Counted from the stretch's first letter, positions 13,981 through 26,994 are shown. The stretch is DNA of 64,000 nt from Eledone cirrhosa (GCA_964016885.1 OZ024758.1:25234001-25298000), one strand, 5' to 3'. Made by a program: numbers and translations. Notes: generated from the letters alone by a model not told the origin.

Positions 13981-14315
13981 ATTACTGTCTATGATTTCAA
14001 CACATTTTTCTTTTTAGAATCACAGAGTGGGAGATGTTTGACTGTGACAAAATCCAAAGAGTACTTTAAAGCAGTGGGTGTTGCTGACCATTGTCCGCAG
14101 GACACAGCTCCAATACCGCCACGCCCTAGGCCTAGAGCCCATTACCCTCCCCATTCTTCTGTGACCCTAGAGCCCTTGCCTTTCCCTTCCTTTTCCATAT
14201 ACAGTATTAAGATATTAAATATTTAGATAAGGTACACGAATAATTAAATGAATTTATAAATGTATCTATATATTATCTTTGTAATGAATTGTCTGTTAAT
14301 ATATTAGAAATATAT

Positions 14316-14528
14316 TTAACCCTTTAGCATTTACATTACTCTATATTTACTATTGTATTTTTGTGGTAAAGGCTTTATCTTCCACAATTATCTCATAATA
14401 TCGAATCTATGAGATTTTGATATTTATTTTCAGAACAATACCTTAACATAAGTACGAGTAGCAGGTTAGAGCCGGTTTGAATAGAAAGAGGTAATGGAAT
14501 TCTGGCCGGATATTTAAATGCTAAAGGG
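14316..14528. mobile_element. piggyBac-like MITE
   Basis: TTAA-CCCTTTAGCATTTA...TAAATGCTAAAGGG termini. Confidence 0.8.
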
Positions 14529-14564
14529 ATATATATCTTTCTCCTTTTCATTCTCTCTCACTCT

Positions 14565-14845
14565 TTATCCTTCTCTGGAAGGAATCTGCTGTAATCAGAC
14601 CTGAAGAGGAGATGGACTCTACCAGGTCTTAAAAATGCCCTAGAAACTCTGTATGCCAACATGGTGCCCCTACAACTCCATCAGGACTTACAGGACAAGA
14701 AGCACTGCATCCTTTAAAACCCTCATGCTTCCCGAAATTTGCCAAAACTACACCTGATGTCCCCCTTCCATACACATGCACACATGTGTTTATCATGACT
14801 CATGCACTGTTCATTTTCCTGACGTTTGTACATTACCCTATATAC
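14565..14845 (+). repeat. Unclassified dispersed repeat (possible LINE 3' end)
   Basis: TTCTCTGGAAG(G/A)AATCTGCTG...GAGATGG recurs at about 26000 (+) and 56360-56505 (-). Confidence 0.55.
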
Positions 14846-14904
14846 TATACATACACTTTTGATGAGATGTAGTGCACCTGGGCACTGTACACAATATTTT
14901 CATA

Positions 14905-15319
14905 GGGCTGAAGACGAGCACTTACCTCTTCGGTGATGCCCTGATTAACTTTTTCAAATTTCATTTGAAAAGGAAAATCAGAGTAGAGAGGGAAGTGCTC
15001 TCTTCCCAGCATTTTGTTGAAAGATGGGTGAGAGAAGCAAGTATGGCCCAAGTGAATGGGCCTACTCTGAGTATGTGTCTGTAAATTAAAGGTGGAAAAC
15101 TGGGAGAGGGCACTTGCCTTGGTGGTCAGGGTCACTGTGGCTTTTTAATGGGCTTTCTCCACAAATGTCCCTCGGAAGTCTCCCCCCTATTGGGGAATTT
15201 TTCATTGTTATTTTTTATTACATCCTTTGTTTTTTTTACACGCAGAAATGCCCATTTGTACCGTCCTGTACTGTCCTTAATGTCTACTTTATGTAAACCC
15301 TTGTGGTTAATAAAGAAAG

Positions 15320-15320
<1 letters not shown>
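14905..15320 (+). mobile_element. Tx1/L1-like LINE 3' end
   Basis: ALINFFKFHLKRKIRVERE...FVERW C-terminal pattern, stop, 3' UTR, AATAAA, then (TTA)n. Confidence 0.55.
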
Positions 15321-15370
<50 letters not shown>

Positions 15371-15429
15371 GTAGAAGAAGAGATTAGAAAATATGAACAG
15401 AAATAGATGCCGAAAAATATATATTATCT

Positions 15430-15785
15430 TTAAAATATTTGACTTCAGATTAGCCATTACTATCAACATCAGTTTCCACCACTAGTAATTCCTCCAGCTA
15501 ATATACTAGATCATAGTAATTCACATTTCTTTTAAGGTGATTTTCAAGTTAAATTTTCAGAATAAATGACTATAACATTGACAATGCAAATAAGATCACG
15601 GCACCTTCATTCATGCCTGCAGTCATTCTTTCCATCAGAAGGTACTATATCTTTAATTAGTTTCACTTCAGACAACAAATCTGGAGAGATAGATATAGTT
15701 GAATAAGTTGAGCCTTGATCAGTCCCACATGCCTCATGAATGCTCAATATTTCAAAATAATCTTCACAAAATAAACCTTTACTAA
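15430..15785 (-). pseudogene. Highly degenerate hAT (Charlie/GTF2IRD2-like) transposase fragment
   Basis: EILSIHEACGTDQGS...DIVPSDG / GMNEGAV / VIYSENLT*KS parallel E.L.L....GTTTG, TDG..M.G..G and IHQENL.AK motifs; frameshifted. Confidence 0.35.
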
Positions 15786-15787
15786 TC

Positions 15788-16325
15788 AAATGCTGTGTGC
15801 AGGAGAGGCGGTTGCGCTGGTATGGACATGTGATGCGTATGAAGGATGACAGCTGCATAAAAAGGTGCAGAGCACTAGAAGTCGATGGAAACCGCGGAGT
15901 GGGGAGACCCAGGATGACCTGGGATGAGGTGATAAAAGCCGACCTTACCCAATTACACCTCTCAAAGGCAGTGACCTCTGGCGTCACGCAGTAATACAGA
16001 GTACCCGACCTCCCATGGGTACAAGCTGAAGCATATAGACAATATGCCCCCACACCCCCCACCGCAAGGTGCTCGTGGAGGTGCCACGGCAAAAAAGCAC
16101 CCAGCCCACACTGTAAAGTGGACGTGTAGGCGCCACGAAAAAGCACCCAATACTCACTGTAAATGAGGTTGGTGTTAGGAAGGGCATCCAGCTGTAGAAA
16201 TCAAGCCAAATCAGTTCCTGTATAAGCAAGGCATGGTCAGCCGACCAGACACTGCCCACAACAGGACAACCCGTCTAACCCATGCTAGCGTGGAAGAACG
16301 GACGTAAAACGGTGATGATGATGAT
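15788..16325 (+). mobile_element. RTE LINE 3' fragment, same family as 32210-34582
   Basis: QERRLRWYGHVMRM...GRPRMTWDEV; matching 3' UTR; (GAT)n tail. Confidence 0.92.
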
Positions 16326-16424
16326 CTTTTACTGCCAAAGTTAGGTTTCAAAATTTAAGTTATAAATGACAACAGCACAACTGACTACTGTATATTTTAT
16401 CATATTTGATGGTAGAAAAATAAC

Positions 16425-16856
16425 TTAACACTTTATCATTTAAACCGGTCGTATCTGACCAAAATTCTCTCACCTCTTTCTGTTCAAACTGGCCATAACT
16501 GGCTGCTCATACTTATGTTAAGGTAATGTTCTCAAAATAAATAATATCAAAATCTCATAGATTCAATATTATGTGAAATAATTATGCAGACCTGTCAACT
16601 CTCCCTGTTGGACAGGGAGATCTCCCACCCACTTTAGAGTGGATGAGAGATGTCTTCTCTTGTGAAAATGGGTATAGCTTTCATTATGTAAAATCTCCCG
16701 ATTTTAACACATTTCTCCCCATCTTGGAGCACTTTTTTTTCATGGTACTTCTCGTTTAGGTTTTTAGAGGTTGGCAGGTCTGAATTATGTGAGATAAAGT
16801 GTTTACCGTGGAAATACAATAGTAAATATAGAGTAATGTAAATGGTAAAGAGTTAA
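16425..16856. mobile_element. piggyBac-like MITE with an internal insertion (about 16590-16790)
   Basis: TTAACACTTTATCATTTAAAC...AAATGGTAAAGAGTTAA; body matches the other copies. Confidence 0.65.
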
Positions 16857-17171
16857 AGAGCTGCCAGATAAATATTTACAGTTCATAAAAATGTTTAAAT
16901 AATTTAATTATATTTACATCAGCATGTTATACTGCTTAACCTATACAGCTTCTGACCCTAAGCCCTGACAAGGGATCAATAGTTTCCACAATTGCAAGAA
17001 ACAGTAACACAAAATTTAGAATAAGAATTGTCCCCTGCAGCCAAAGTTATCATATTCTGTATGTTAATGGGATAGTTTCACAACTCATAATCTTTTAACT
17101 TTACCTATCACAACTAACGAGTTCAATTTTGTATGTGTGTGTGTGTTTGCATGAATTTCAACTAATAAGTT

Positions 17172-17560
17172 GGAGGCACATGGCTTAGTGGTTAGAGCAT
17201 TGGCCTTGCAATCGAAAGGTTGTGAGTTCAATTCTCAGACCGGGTGATGTGTTGTTTCCTTGAGCAAGACACTTTATTTCACATTGCTCCAGTTTACTCA
17301 GCTGTAGAAATGAGATGATAGGGACTGGGGTCCCTATCATTCCACTGTAAAGTGGTCGTGGAGGTGCCACGGCAAAAAAGCACCCAGCACTCACTGTAAA
17401 GTGGTCGTGGAGGTGCCACGGCAAAAAAGCACCCAGCACTCACTGTAAATAAGGTTGGTGTTAGGAAGGGCATCCAGCTGTAGAAATCAAGCCAGAATCA
17501 GTTCCCGTCCCACCCTTGCAAGCAGGGAAAAGTGGACGTAAAATGAAATGATGATGATGA
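17172..17560 (+). mobile_element. SINE family B (tRNA-like head, 48-bp units, RTE-derived tail)
   Basis: A box TGGCTTAGTGG, B box GAGTTCAATTC, tail CCCGTCCCACCCTTGCAAGCAGGGAAAAG..GACGTAAAATG(ATG)n; AAGTT target duplication. Confidence 0.92.
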
Positions 17561-17827
17561 AGTTCAATTTTGTACGTGTGTGTGTGTTTGTATGAATTTC
17601 AACTAACAAGTTCAATTTTGTATGTGTGTGTGTGTGTTTGTGTGAATTTCAACTAATTGCATTTTAAATAGTGAAATACAATTAAACAAACTGTAATGTC
17701 TGTGATTCTGTCACAACACATAAAGAGAGAGGAGTAGTTTGACAACCTTATACTACTCCTCTCTTTTTATGTCTGCTGCCTGCGTGAATGTATGTGTGTG
17801 TAAAGGGGAGGAAGGGGTGGTGAAGAG

Positions 17828-19205
17828 ATGCATGTGTGTGTTTGTGTGAATGTATGTGTGTGTTTGTGTGAATGTATGTGTGTGTTTGTGTGAATGTATG
17901 TGTGTGTTTGTGTGAATGTATGTGTGTGTTTGTGTCAATGTATATGTGTGTTTGTGTCAATGTATGTGTGTGTTTGTGTGAATGTATGTGTGTGTTTGTG
18001 TGAATGTATGTGTGTGTTTGTGTGAATGTATGTATGTGTTTGTGTGAATGTATGTGTGTGATGGTGTGAATATGTGTGTGTTTGTGTCAATGTATGTGTG
18101 TCTGTGTTTTTTTTAATGTATGTGTGTGTTTGTGTGAATGTATGTGTGTGTTTGTGTGAATGTATGCGTGTGTGTTTGTGTGAATGTATGTGTGTGTGTT
18201 TGTGTGAATGTATGTGTGTGTTTGTGTGAATGTATGTATGTGTTTGTGTGAATGTGTGTGTTTGTGTCAATGTATGTGTGTGTTTGTGTCAATGTATGTG
18301 TGTGTTTGTGTCAATGTATGTGTGTGTTTGTGTGAATGTATATGTGTGTTTGTGTCAATGTATGTGTGTGTTTGTGTCAATGTATGTGTGTGTTTGTGTC
18401 AATGTATGTGTGTGTTTGTGTCAATGTATGTGTGTGTTTGTGTCAATGTATGTGTGTGTTTGTGTCAATGTATGTGTGTGTTTGTGTCAATGTATATGTG
18501 TGTTTGTGTGAATGTATGTGTGTGTTTGTGTCAATGTATGTATGTGTTTGTGTGAATGTATGTGTGTGTTTGTGTGAATGTATGTGTGTGTTTGTGTGAA
18601 TGTATGTGTGTGTTTGTGTGAATGTATGTGTGTGTTTGTGTGAATGTATGTGTGTTTGTGTGAATGTATGTGTGTGTTTGTGTGAATGTATGTGTGTGTT
18701 TGTGTGAATGTATGTGTGTGTTTGTGTCAATGTATGTGTGTGTTTGTGTCAATGTATGTGTGTGTTTGTGTCAATGTATGTATGTGTTTGTGTGAATGTA
18801 TGTGTGTGTTTGTGTCAATGTATATGTGTGTTTGTGTGAATGTATGTGTGTGTTTGTGTGAATGTATGTATGTGTTTGTGTGAATGTATGTGTGTGATGG
18901 TGTGAATATGTGTGAGTTTGTGTCAATGTATGTGTGTATGTGTTTGTTCGAATGTATGCGTGTGTTTGTGTGAATGTATGTGTTTGTTTGTGTCAATGTA
19001 TGTGTGTATGTGTTTGTGTGATGGTGTGAATATGTGTGTGTTTGTGTCAATGTATGTGTGTATGTGTTTTTTTGAATGTATGTGTGTGTTTGTGTGAATG
19101 TATGTGTGTGTTTGTGTGAATGTATGTGTGTGTTTGTGTCAATGTTTGTGTGTGATTGTGTGAATGTATATCTGAGAGTGTGTATGTTTGTAAGTGTGTT
19201 TGTGT
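17828..19205. repeat. 22-bp GT-rich minisatellite (GTGTGTTTGTGTGAATGTATGT)
   Basis: Directly visible tandem unit. Confidence 0.95.
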
Positions 19206-19334
19206 TTGCACATTTATATTTATATACTCATACATACAAATGTATGCATATGCCCATACACACACAGACACACATATACACATACGCGTCTGTGTGTTGA
19301 AAAAAATTCTAGTTATGAAAATATCTGAAAGTAA

Positions 19335-19470
19335 ATGAACAGATAATAGAAAAATGATAATGCTGAAACTACAAGGAAAACCTTTCAACATCATAAGAGG
19401 TTTACAATCCTTGCCAAGAACACAATCATAAAGAGATAGAAATATAATAAACAGCATCAAAACTATAAAA
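19335..19470 (+). pseudogene. Degenerate RTE AP-endonuclease fragment
   Basis: RKMIMLKLQGKPFNII/VYNP resembles the RTE R.I..RLQGKPFNI..IQVYAP motif. Confidence 0.5.
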
Positions 19471-19497
19471 AAATGACAACTATAAAGATTTTAATAC

Positions 19498-19635
19498 AAT
19501 TCCCTGCTTGCAAGGGTGGGACGGGTCTTATTCAGCACAGCAACTCTCCACTTGTCACGGTCCTTCGTCATCTCCACCGTGAGCTTCAGCGATCTGAGGT
19601 CTGTTCACACCACCTCCGCCCATGTTTTTCGTGTT
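19498..19635 (-). mobile_element. RTE LINE 3' fragment (family of 62003-62396)
   Basis: Near-identical to 62037-62170. Confidence 0.85.
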
Positions 19636-19902
19636 TAATACAATATAACAGATCAATATAGATTAAAGTGAAATCAATAAAGAGGTGATCAATTGATCAA
19701 TTATTTTCAAAGAAATAATTTAGTAGTCACCAACATATTTTTAATTTAATTTATTTTTTTTATTACTTGTCTCATTAGCTGTTTTTGATTACTAACTGTA
19801 AGGAGTACTTGATACTTCCTCTGAGTCTGTCATGGCTTACTAGCTCTATACGGACGTTTAAATTGAATAAATAAATAATGAATAGGTTACAAATCTTTGA
19901 GA

Positions 19903-21705
19903 CATCATCATCATCATCATTATCATCATCATCATCATCGTTTAACGTCTATCTTCCACACTAGCATGGGTTAGATGGGAATTGTCCCACTTGAGGCAAG
20001 ATTGGTCAGGTGACCGTGTCTCGCTTGTATAGGACTGTATCTGGCAGGTTTTCTACAGCTGGATGCCCTTCCTAACACCAACCACATTTACAGTGTGGAC
20101 TGGGAGCCTTTTTTCCATGTCTCCTACGCAACCACTTTACAGCGTGGACTGGGTGCTTTTTGTTGTGACACCTACACATCCACTTTACAGTGTGGATTGG
20201 GTGCTTTTTGTTGTGACACCTACACAACCACTTTACAGTGTGGATTGGGTGCTTTTTGTTGTGACACCTACACAACCACTTTACAGTGTGGATTGGGTGC
20301 TTTTTGTTGTGACACCTACACAACCACTTTACAGTGTGGATTGGGTGCTTTTTGTTGTGACACCTACACAACCACTTTACAGTGGGGATTGGGTGCTTTT
20401 TATTGTAACACCTATATGACCACTTTACAGTGTGGATTGGGTGCTTTTTGTTGTGACACCTACACAACCACTTTACAGTGTGGATTGGGTGCTTTTTGTT
20501 GTGACACCTACACATCCACTTTACAGTGTGGATTGGGTGCTTTTTGTTGTGACACCTACACAACCACTTTACAGTGGGGATTGGGTGCTTTTTATTGTAA
20601 CACCTATATGACCACTTTACAGTGTGGATTGGGTGCTTTTTGTTGTGACACCTACACAACCACTTTACAGTGTGGATTGGGTGCTTTTTGTTGTGACACC
20701 TATACGACCACTTTACAGTGTGGATTGGGTGCTTTTTGTTGTGACACCTACACAACCACTTTACAGAGCGGATTGGGTGCTTTTTATTGTAACACCTATA
20801 TGACCACTTTACAGTGTGGATTGGGTGCTTTTTGTTGTGACACCTACACAACCACTTTACAGTGTGGATTGGGTGCTTTTTGTTGTGACACCTATACGAC
20901 CACTTTACAGTGTGGATTGAGTGCTTTTTGTTGTGACACCTACACGACCACTTTACAGTGTGGATTGGGTGCTTTTTATTGTAACACCTATATGACCACT
21001 TTACAGTGTGGATTGGGTGCTTTTTGTTGTGACACCTACACAACCACTTTACAATGTGGATTGGGTGCTTTTTGTTGTGACACCTACACAACCACTTTAC
21101 AGTGGGGATTGGGTGCTTTTTATTGTAACACCTATATGACCACTTTACAGTGTGGATTGGGTGCTTTTTGTTGTGACACCTACACAACCACTTTACAGTG
21201 TGGATTGGGTGCTTTTTGTTGTGACACCTACACATCCACTTTACAGTGTGGATTGGGTGCTTTTTGTTGTGACACCTACACAACCACTTTACAGTGGGGA
21301 TTGGGTGCTTTTTATTGTAACACCTATATGACCACTTTACAGTGTGGATTGGGTGCTTTTTGTTGTGACACCTACACAACCACTTTACAATGTGGATTGG
21401 GTGCTTTTTGTTGTGACACCTACATGACCACTTTACAGTGTGGATTGGGTGCTTTTTGTTGTGACACCTACGTGACCACTTTAGTGTAGACTGGATATTC
21501 TGTGGTACGAACATAACTTTACAGAGAAAGGGTGGTGTTGGTGGTAGTGGGAGGATGGAGTAGGGGTAGTGGGTTGGGGTGTATATATTTGGTTAAGAAG
21601 TGCCTACTGACTGTAGGTTTAACTTTGTACATAAGGGAAGGCGGGTCTTCTGTATTACAGCGTAGTGCCAAAGGTCTCAATCCAGTGACATTGTCTTAGA
21701 GAGCA
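19903..21705 (-). mobile_element. RTE LINE 3' end whose UTR carries an expanded 48-bp array
   Basis: 21490-21705 matches 28530-28746, which abuts RTE coding sequence; (CAT)n tail at 19903-19939. Confidence 0.8.
20085..21485. repeat. 48-bp minisatellite, about 29 copies, with 4-mer higher-order structure
   Basis: Unit CCACTTTACAGTGTGGATTGGGTGCTTTTTGTTGTGACACCTACACAA. Confidence 0.97.
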
Positions 21706-21714
21706 GCATGTAAA

Positions 21715-21862
21715 TACTCTCATGGAATGACCAAATGAGGTTTATTTTTCAACAAACAATGCAGTTATTAATAAGAAAAATTGAAATTAATGCATGCAAG
21801 ATTCTACAGCTCTAGCATCACTCCTTCATAGACAGCCTGTGAATTTTTCAGCCGACCCTCAT
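21715..21862 (+). mobile_element. Mariner-like MITE, left end missing
   Basis: Body as at 13355; right TIR TTTCAGCCGACCCTCA-TA. Confidence 0.8.
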
Positions 21863-22002
21863 ATTAAATACTTGTAGGCAAGTCTTCTCCAGGAACACAT
21901 GTCTCCAGTCCGCACAATCCTTTGTCATCTCTAAATAAAAACAAAAGTAATAATTATAATTTCAAGTTAAACACTTTATCATTGCTAGCAATATATCTAC
22001 AC

Positions 22003-22447
22003 CAGAGCTTTCCAAAGTTTTCATACTGGTGACACATTTTTAAAAAATAAAATTTTTGTGACACATTAAGTGTAATTAGTGTCATTAGTGACCTAAAATT
22101 AGCAAAACAAAAAATAAACAAACAAGTAAAATATCACATATTTAAATATACGAGGGTTGACTGAAAAATCCATAGGCTGACCAAGATACTCTCATGGAAT
22201 GACCAAATGAAGTTTATTTTTCAACATAGTCCCTGGAAAGAAACACTGCAGTTATTATTTATAAGAAAAGTTGAAATTAATGTATGCAAGGTTTCACAGC
22301 TCTAGCATCACTATTTCATAGTCAGCCTATGAATGTTTCAGCCCACCTCATACTTCATAGCCAAATATTTGTAAAAACTGATCAAACACACCTAGAGGTT
22401 ATTGGTGGCACACTAACATGTCGCAAAACCCAGTTTTGAAACCTCTG
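22003..22447. mobile_element. hAT/Charlie-like MITE hosting a nested mariner MITE
   Basis: Imperfect TIRs CAGAGCTTTCCAAA / TTTTGAAACCTCTG; no clean 8-bp TSD. Confidence 0.45.
22149..22352 (+). mobile_element. Mariner-like MITE, single-unit form
   Basis: TA-CGAGGGTTGACTGAAAAATCCATAGGCTGAC...GTCAGCCTATGAATGTTTCAGCCCACCTCA-TA. Confidence 0.88.
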
Positions 22448-22530
22448 GTAGAGGCACACTCCTCAAATATATTCACACAATAATTCAATAAAAATCACAT
22501 TTCCTGGAAATGAACTACAAAAGTTAAGAA

Positions 22531-23006
22531 TTCTTCTTCTTCTTCTTCTTCTTCTTCTTCTCCTTCTCCTTCTCCTTCTCCTCCTCCTCCTTCTTCTCCT
22601 TCTCCTCCTCCTCCTCCTTCTTCTTCTTCTGCTCCTCCTCCTCCTCCTCCTTCTTCTTCTGCTCCTTCTTCTCCTTCTTCTTCTTCTTCTTCTGCTCCTC
22701 CTTCTTCTTCTCCTCCTCCTCCTCCTTTTTCTTCTGGTCCTCCTCCTCCTCCTCCTCCTTCTTCTTCTGCTCCTCCTTCTTCTTCTTCTTCTGCTCCTCC
22801 TCCTTCTTCTTCTTCTCCTTTTCCTCCTCCTCACCCCCTTCTTCTTCTGCTCCTCCTTCTCCTCCTCCTTCTCCTCCTCCTCTTTCTCCTCCTCCTTCTT
22901 CTTCTCCTCCTCCTTCTCCTCCTCCTCCTCCTCCTCCTCCTCCTCCTCCTTCTTCTTCTCCTTCTCCTTCTTCTTCTCCTTCACCTCCTCCTCTTCCTTC
23001 TTCTTT
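22531..23006. repeat. (CTT/CCT)n polypyrimidine tract
   Basis: Directly visible. Confidence 0.95.
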
Positions 23007-23526
23007 GCCAATTTATTCCTGAGATGATGGAGGAGGTGGAGGTGATGGTGATGGTGATGGTTGTCCTCAAACACTCCGTTCCAGCAGCAGTGAGTCCTGT
23101 CAGAAGCCCCCCCCCCCCCCCCCCCAACTGGATCCTCCAAGCGAGACCAGCCAAGCCAAGCATTTTTATTAAATTTAAAGAAAAGAAAACAATAGCCAGC
23201 TCTCTGAAATACCATCACATTATCATAACAAACAAGAAATTCGATGCTATTTCTAGTATGACTAAAACTCTGTTCTAAATATGTACTAGGTTCTAGTCAA
23301 AATCATATAAATATCCCAGTGACATTTTTGCTATAAATATCATGCTACAATGTCTAAATAAACTAACTATATAGCTACAACTAAACTTAGTTGTTTGTAA
23401 ATAGAACCTATTTTAAAGTCTCTGAAATGAAACGAGGCTAATTCTGAAGATACTGGTATTATATAATGTTATAGCAGAAATACAAAACTGCTTCTGTGAA
23501 TAACCCTCTTCATACTACTACTACTA

Positions 23527-23575
<49 letters not shown>

Positions 23576-23599
23576 ATATATATATATATTTGCCTACTA

Positions 23600-23997
23600 G
23601 AAGCTGGTCGTGGAGGTGTCACGACAAAAAGCACCCAGCCCATAATGTAAAGTGGTCATGTCGGTGTCATGACAAAAAGCACCCAGCCCACACTGTGAAG
23701 TGGTCGTGGAGGTGTCATGACAAAAAGCACCCAGCCCACACCGTAAGGTGGTCATGTAGGTGTCATGACAAAAAGCTCCCAGCCCACACCGTAAAGTGGT
23801 CGTGTAGGCGTCACAACAAAAAGCACCCAGCCCACACTGTAAATGTGGTTGGCATTTCGAAGGGCATCCAGCCATAGAAATCTAGCCAAAAACAGTTCCA
23901 TATGAGCGCGATACGGTCACCTGACCCAACCTGCCTCAATGGGACAACCCATCTAATCCATGCTAGTGTGGAAAGTGGACGTTAAATGATGATGATG
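23600..23997 (+). mobile_element. 5'-truncated SINE/RTE 3' module with five 48-bp units
   Basis: 48-bp units, GAAGGGCATCCAGCC, CCATGCTAGTGTGGAAAGTGGACGTTAAA(TGA)n. Confidence 0.85.
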
Positions 23998-24106
23998 TCC
24001 AATGAGGGGCCAGGTTGGAAGAGCCTCCTCCATTATACAGTGATGGCCATAACGACTCCAAAACCAATGTTTGCACATACATGTTAAGTGTATGAAACTT
24101 TATTTA

Positions 24107-24331
24107 TCCCTTTAAGGTTCAAACTGGCCCAAACAGGCCAGAATTCTCTATCTCTTTCTGTTGAAACTGACTGTAACTAGTCACTCATACTGATGTTAAG
24201 GTATTGTTCTCAAAATAAATACTTTCAAAATCTCATAGATTCGATACTATGTGAGATAATTATGTAAGATAAAGCCTTTACCATGAAAATATAATAGTAT
24301 ATATAGAGTAATGTGAATGTTAGAGAGTTAA
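24107..24331. mobile_element. piggyBac-like MITE
   Basis: CCCTTTAAGGTTCAAACTGG...AGAGAGTTAA. Confidence 0.75.
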
Positions 24332-24503
24332 ACTATCATGAATAAGATACAGTCATCTGGCTTGTCTCACAACAATCTCGCTTGTCTCACAACAAGACAA
24401 CTTGTCTAACCCATGCTAGTGTGAAAAAAATGGACGTCAAATCATGATGATGATGATATATATATGTGACCAAAAGATCGATGGTAGAAGGGGGTGGTCA
24501 GCT

Positions 24504-24765
24504 TACTGTATTTCCCGGCTCCGAAGACACACCCTAATTTTGACAACCAAAAACAACCTTCAGCCTCCAGGACGCATGGTAGATTTTTGAGACTTATTTT
24601 TAGAAAAAAAGTGGCAACTTCGACGCCGGGAAATGCGATATATTCGGGGTCAATATTTTGACAATTTTCACCAACTTCAAATTCTACCTAAATAAGGTTT
24701 GAATTTTTGCCCATTTCTCAGACATAAAATAGTGGGGGTCCTCTTATATTCAAGTATACACGGTA
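24504..24765. mobile_element. Tc2/pogo-like MITE (related copy at 25180-25325)
   Basis: TACTGTATTTCCCGGC...GCCGGGAAATGCGATA inverted ends and a further ...ACACGGTA end. Confidence 0.6.
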
Positions 24766-24829
24766 TGGCTGGATTAAAAGAGGAATCAATCAGTTGCTGG
24801 AATATCAGTATTGCACCTGTGTTACTACT

Positions 24830-24960
24830 TCTATCTCAGGTACATTATGATCTACGTCAGTTGAAGGTTGCCAACCAACCATTTGCAATAAAAATAGACA
24901 CGTTGCCACTTGTGCTTCAAACACAATTATAACAGCTTAGAGCAATCAAAGGAAATGATC
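24830..24960 (+). pseudogene. Degenerate hAT transposase fragment (pre-dimerisation region)
   Basis: ANQPFAIKIDTLPLVLQTQL*QL resembles F.NPF..DV...P..LQ.EL..LQ. Confidence 0.4.
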
Positions 24961-25069
24961 AATGCTACAATTTCTGATCACTCTAAACACAATTATTAAT
25001 CAAGTATTAATTCAAAAAATGTTAAGGAACAATTTAAAAACACTGCTTTGAAGCAGGTATTCCTGCAAA

Positions 25070-25766
25070 TTAACCCTTTAGCATTTACATTACTCAATAT
25101 ATACTATTGTATTTTCATGATAACAGCTCTATCTCACATAATTATCTCACATAATATCGAATCTATGAGATTTTGATATTACCGTATTTCCTGGTGTCGA
25201 AGACGCTACAATTTTTTCTAAAATAAGTCTAAAAAATCTACAATGCATTATTATTTTTTTCAAATTTTTGATTGTCAAAATTAGGGTATGTCCTCAAGGA
25301 CGAAGCATCTTCGATGCCGGGAAATCATCATCACCGTTTTACGTCCGTTCTTCCACGCTAGCATGGGTTAGACGGGTTGTCCCGTTGTGGGCAGTGTCTG
25401 GTCGGCTGACCATGCCTTGCTCATACAGGAACTGATTTGGCTTGATTTCTACAGCTGGATGCCCTTCCTAACACTAACCTCATTTACAGTGAGTGCTGGG
25501 TGCTTTTTCGTGGCGCCTACACGTCCACTTTACAGTGTGGGCTGGGTGCTTTTTTGCCGTGGCACCTCCACGAGCACCTTGCGGTGGGGGGTATGGGGGC
25601 ATATTGTCTATATGCTTCAGCTTGTACCCATGGGAGGTCGGGTACAAGGTATTTATTTTGAGAACAATATCTTAACATCAGTATGAGTGGCCAGTTTTGG
25701 TCAGTTACATTCAGTTTGAACAGAAAGAGGTAAGAGAATTCTGAAAGGTTTAAATGCTAAAAGGTT
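25070..25766. mobile_element. piggyBac-like MITE containing a pogo-like MITE and an RTE 3' end (25326-25646, minus)
   Basis: The MITE body breaks at 25180 and resumes at 25651; the insert matches 32210-32535. Confidence 0.8.
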
Positions 25767-25802
25767 GCATGGATATTGTTTTACTTTAGATATAGGGCAT
25801 TG

Positions 25803-26460
25803 AATTGGCAGAGTTGTTAAAATGTTGGCTAGATAACTTTGTGGTATTCGTTTTGGCTCTCTACTCTCTAAGCTCAAATCCCGCCGAGGTCAACTTTGCC
25901 TTTCATCCATTCAAGGTCAATAAAAACAATACCAGTCTAGTACTGGGGTCGATTCTTCCTCTATATCTCTTTCTTGCTTCCATTCTTTCACTCTCTATCT
26001 TTCTCTGGAAGAAATCTGCTGCTGTATTCAGACCCGGAGAGGAGATGGGCTTTACTGGGTTTCACCTTTTCGAATTTTCCCACCTCTTTCTGTTTAAACC
26101 GGCCGTAACTGGCCACTCATACTGATGATAAGGTATTGTTCTCCAAAAAAAAAAAAAAAAAAAAAAGGATCGATCGACTTTCGTCAAATCGGACCGAGGA
26201 AACAATGTTTCCATTGGTCTTTCCAGTTGCTAATACTATCTATCGGTCACAACTCCAGGTAGAAGGAGCAACGTGAAATAAAGTGTCTTGCTCAAGGACA
26301 TAACGCATCGCCCGGTCCAGGAATCGAACTCACAATCTCAAGATTGTGAATCCAATTCTCTAACCACTCAGCCACATCTCATAGATTCGATATTATGTAA
26401 GATAAAGCCTCTAAAATACAATAGTATATATAGAGTAATGTAAGTGCTAGAGGGTTAAAC
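25803..26460. mobile_element. Cluster: older SINE A (+), dispersed repeat, and a piggyBac-like MITE interrupted by a tRNA-head SINE (26265-26376, minus)
   Basis: Each block matches other copies in the window. Confidence 0.7.
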
Positions 26461-26961
26461 AATGCCTTAGTAACACCATATATCAATATGGCACCCCTAC
26501 GACTCCCTCGGGAATTACAGGATCATGCATTGCATTACCTTAGATATATTATCCCATTAAATCAACTATTCACTACAGGTTACACTACTTCATCTTCCAC
26601 AATATACTATCCAAGATGGCGGATTTCATTCAGTCGACTGTGCCCACTTATCTTTAAAATTGGACTTAATACTGTATCATTTTATCTATAAACCATCTGA
26701 TTTTTTTCTTTCTGCTTTGTGCCTGAGTCACCAATAACTTGGATTTACTATTGTGTTATTTCATCCATGTGAGAATTTTATTAATAGTGGCAGACCAAAC
26801 CGAGACAAAGAACTAAACTTCCATCATGAGGTTAAATGATAACAAGCTTTGACAAGCAGACATCTCATTGGTTTTGAGTTTATTTTGCAGCTAATTCTAA
26901 CTAAACTGTGTGCATTGAACTAAACTCCATGCATAAATAGTATAGATATTTTTCTTTACAA

Positions 26962-26994
<33 letters not shown>

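Noticed and set aside
14612-14660. CTGAAGA...GAAAC spacing
   Set aside because: No stem I pairing, and other copies of this repeat (about 26030, 56450) lack the core
17172-17250. tRNA-Cys-like gene (GCA anticodon, A and B boxes)
   Set aside because: No acceptor stem; continues into SINE body in eight copies
20072-21514. Cys/His-rich 464-480 aa repeat proteins or a CRISPR-like array
   Set aside because: Head-to-tail 48-bp units with no unique spacers, no cas genes, eukaryotic context; open frames follow from the unit length
22463-23218. Poly-E/K/R protein
   Set aside because: Translation of (CTT/CCT)n simple repeat
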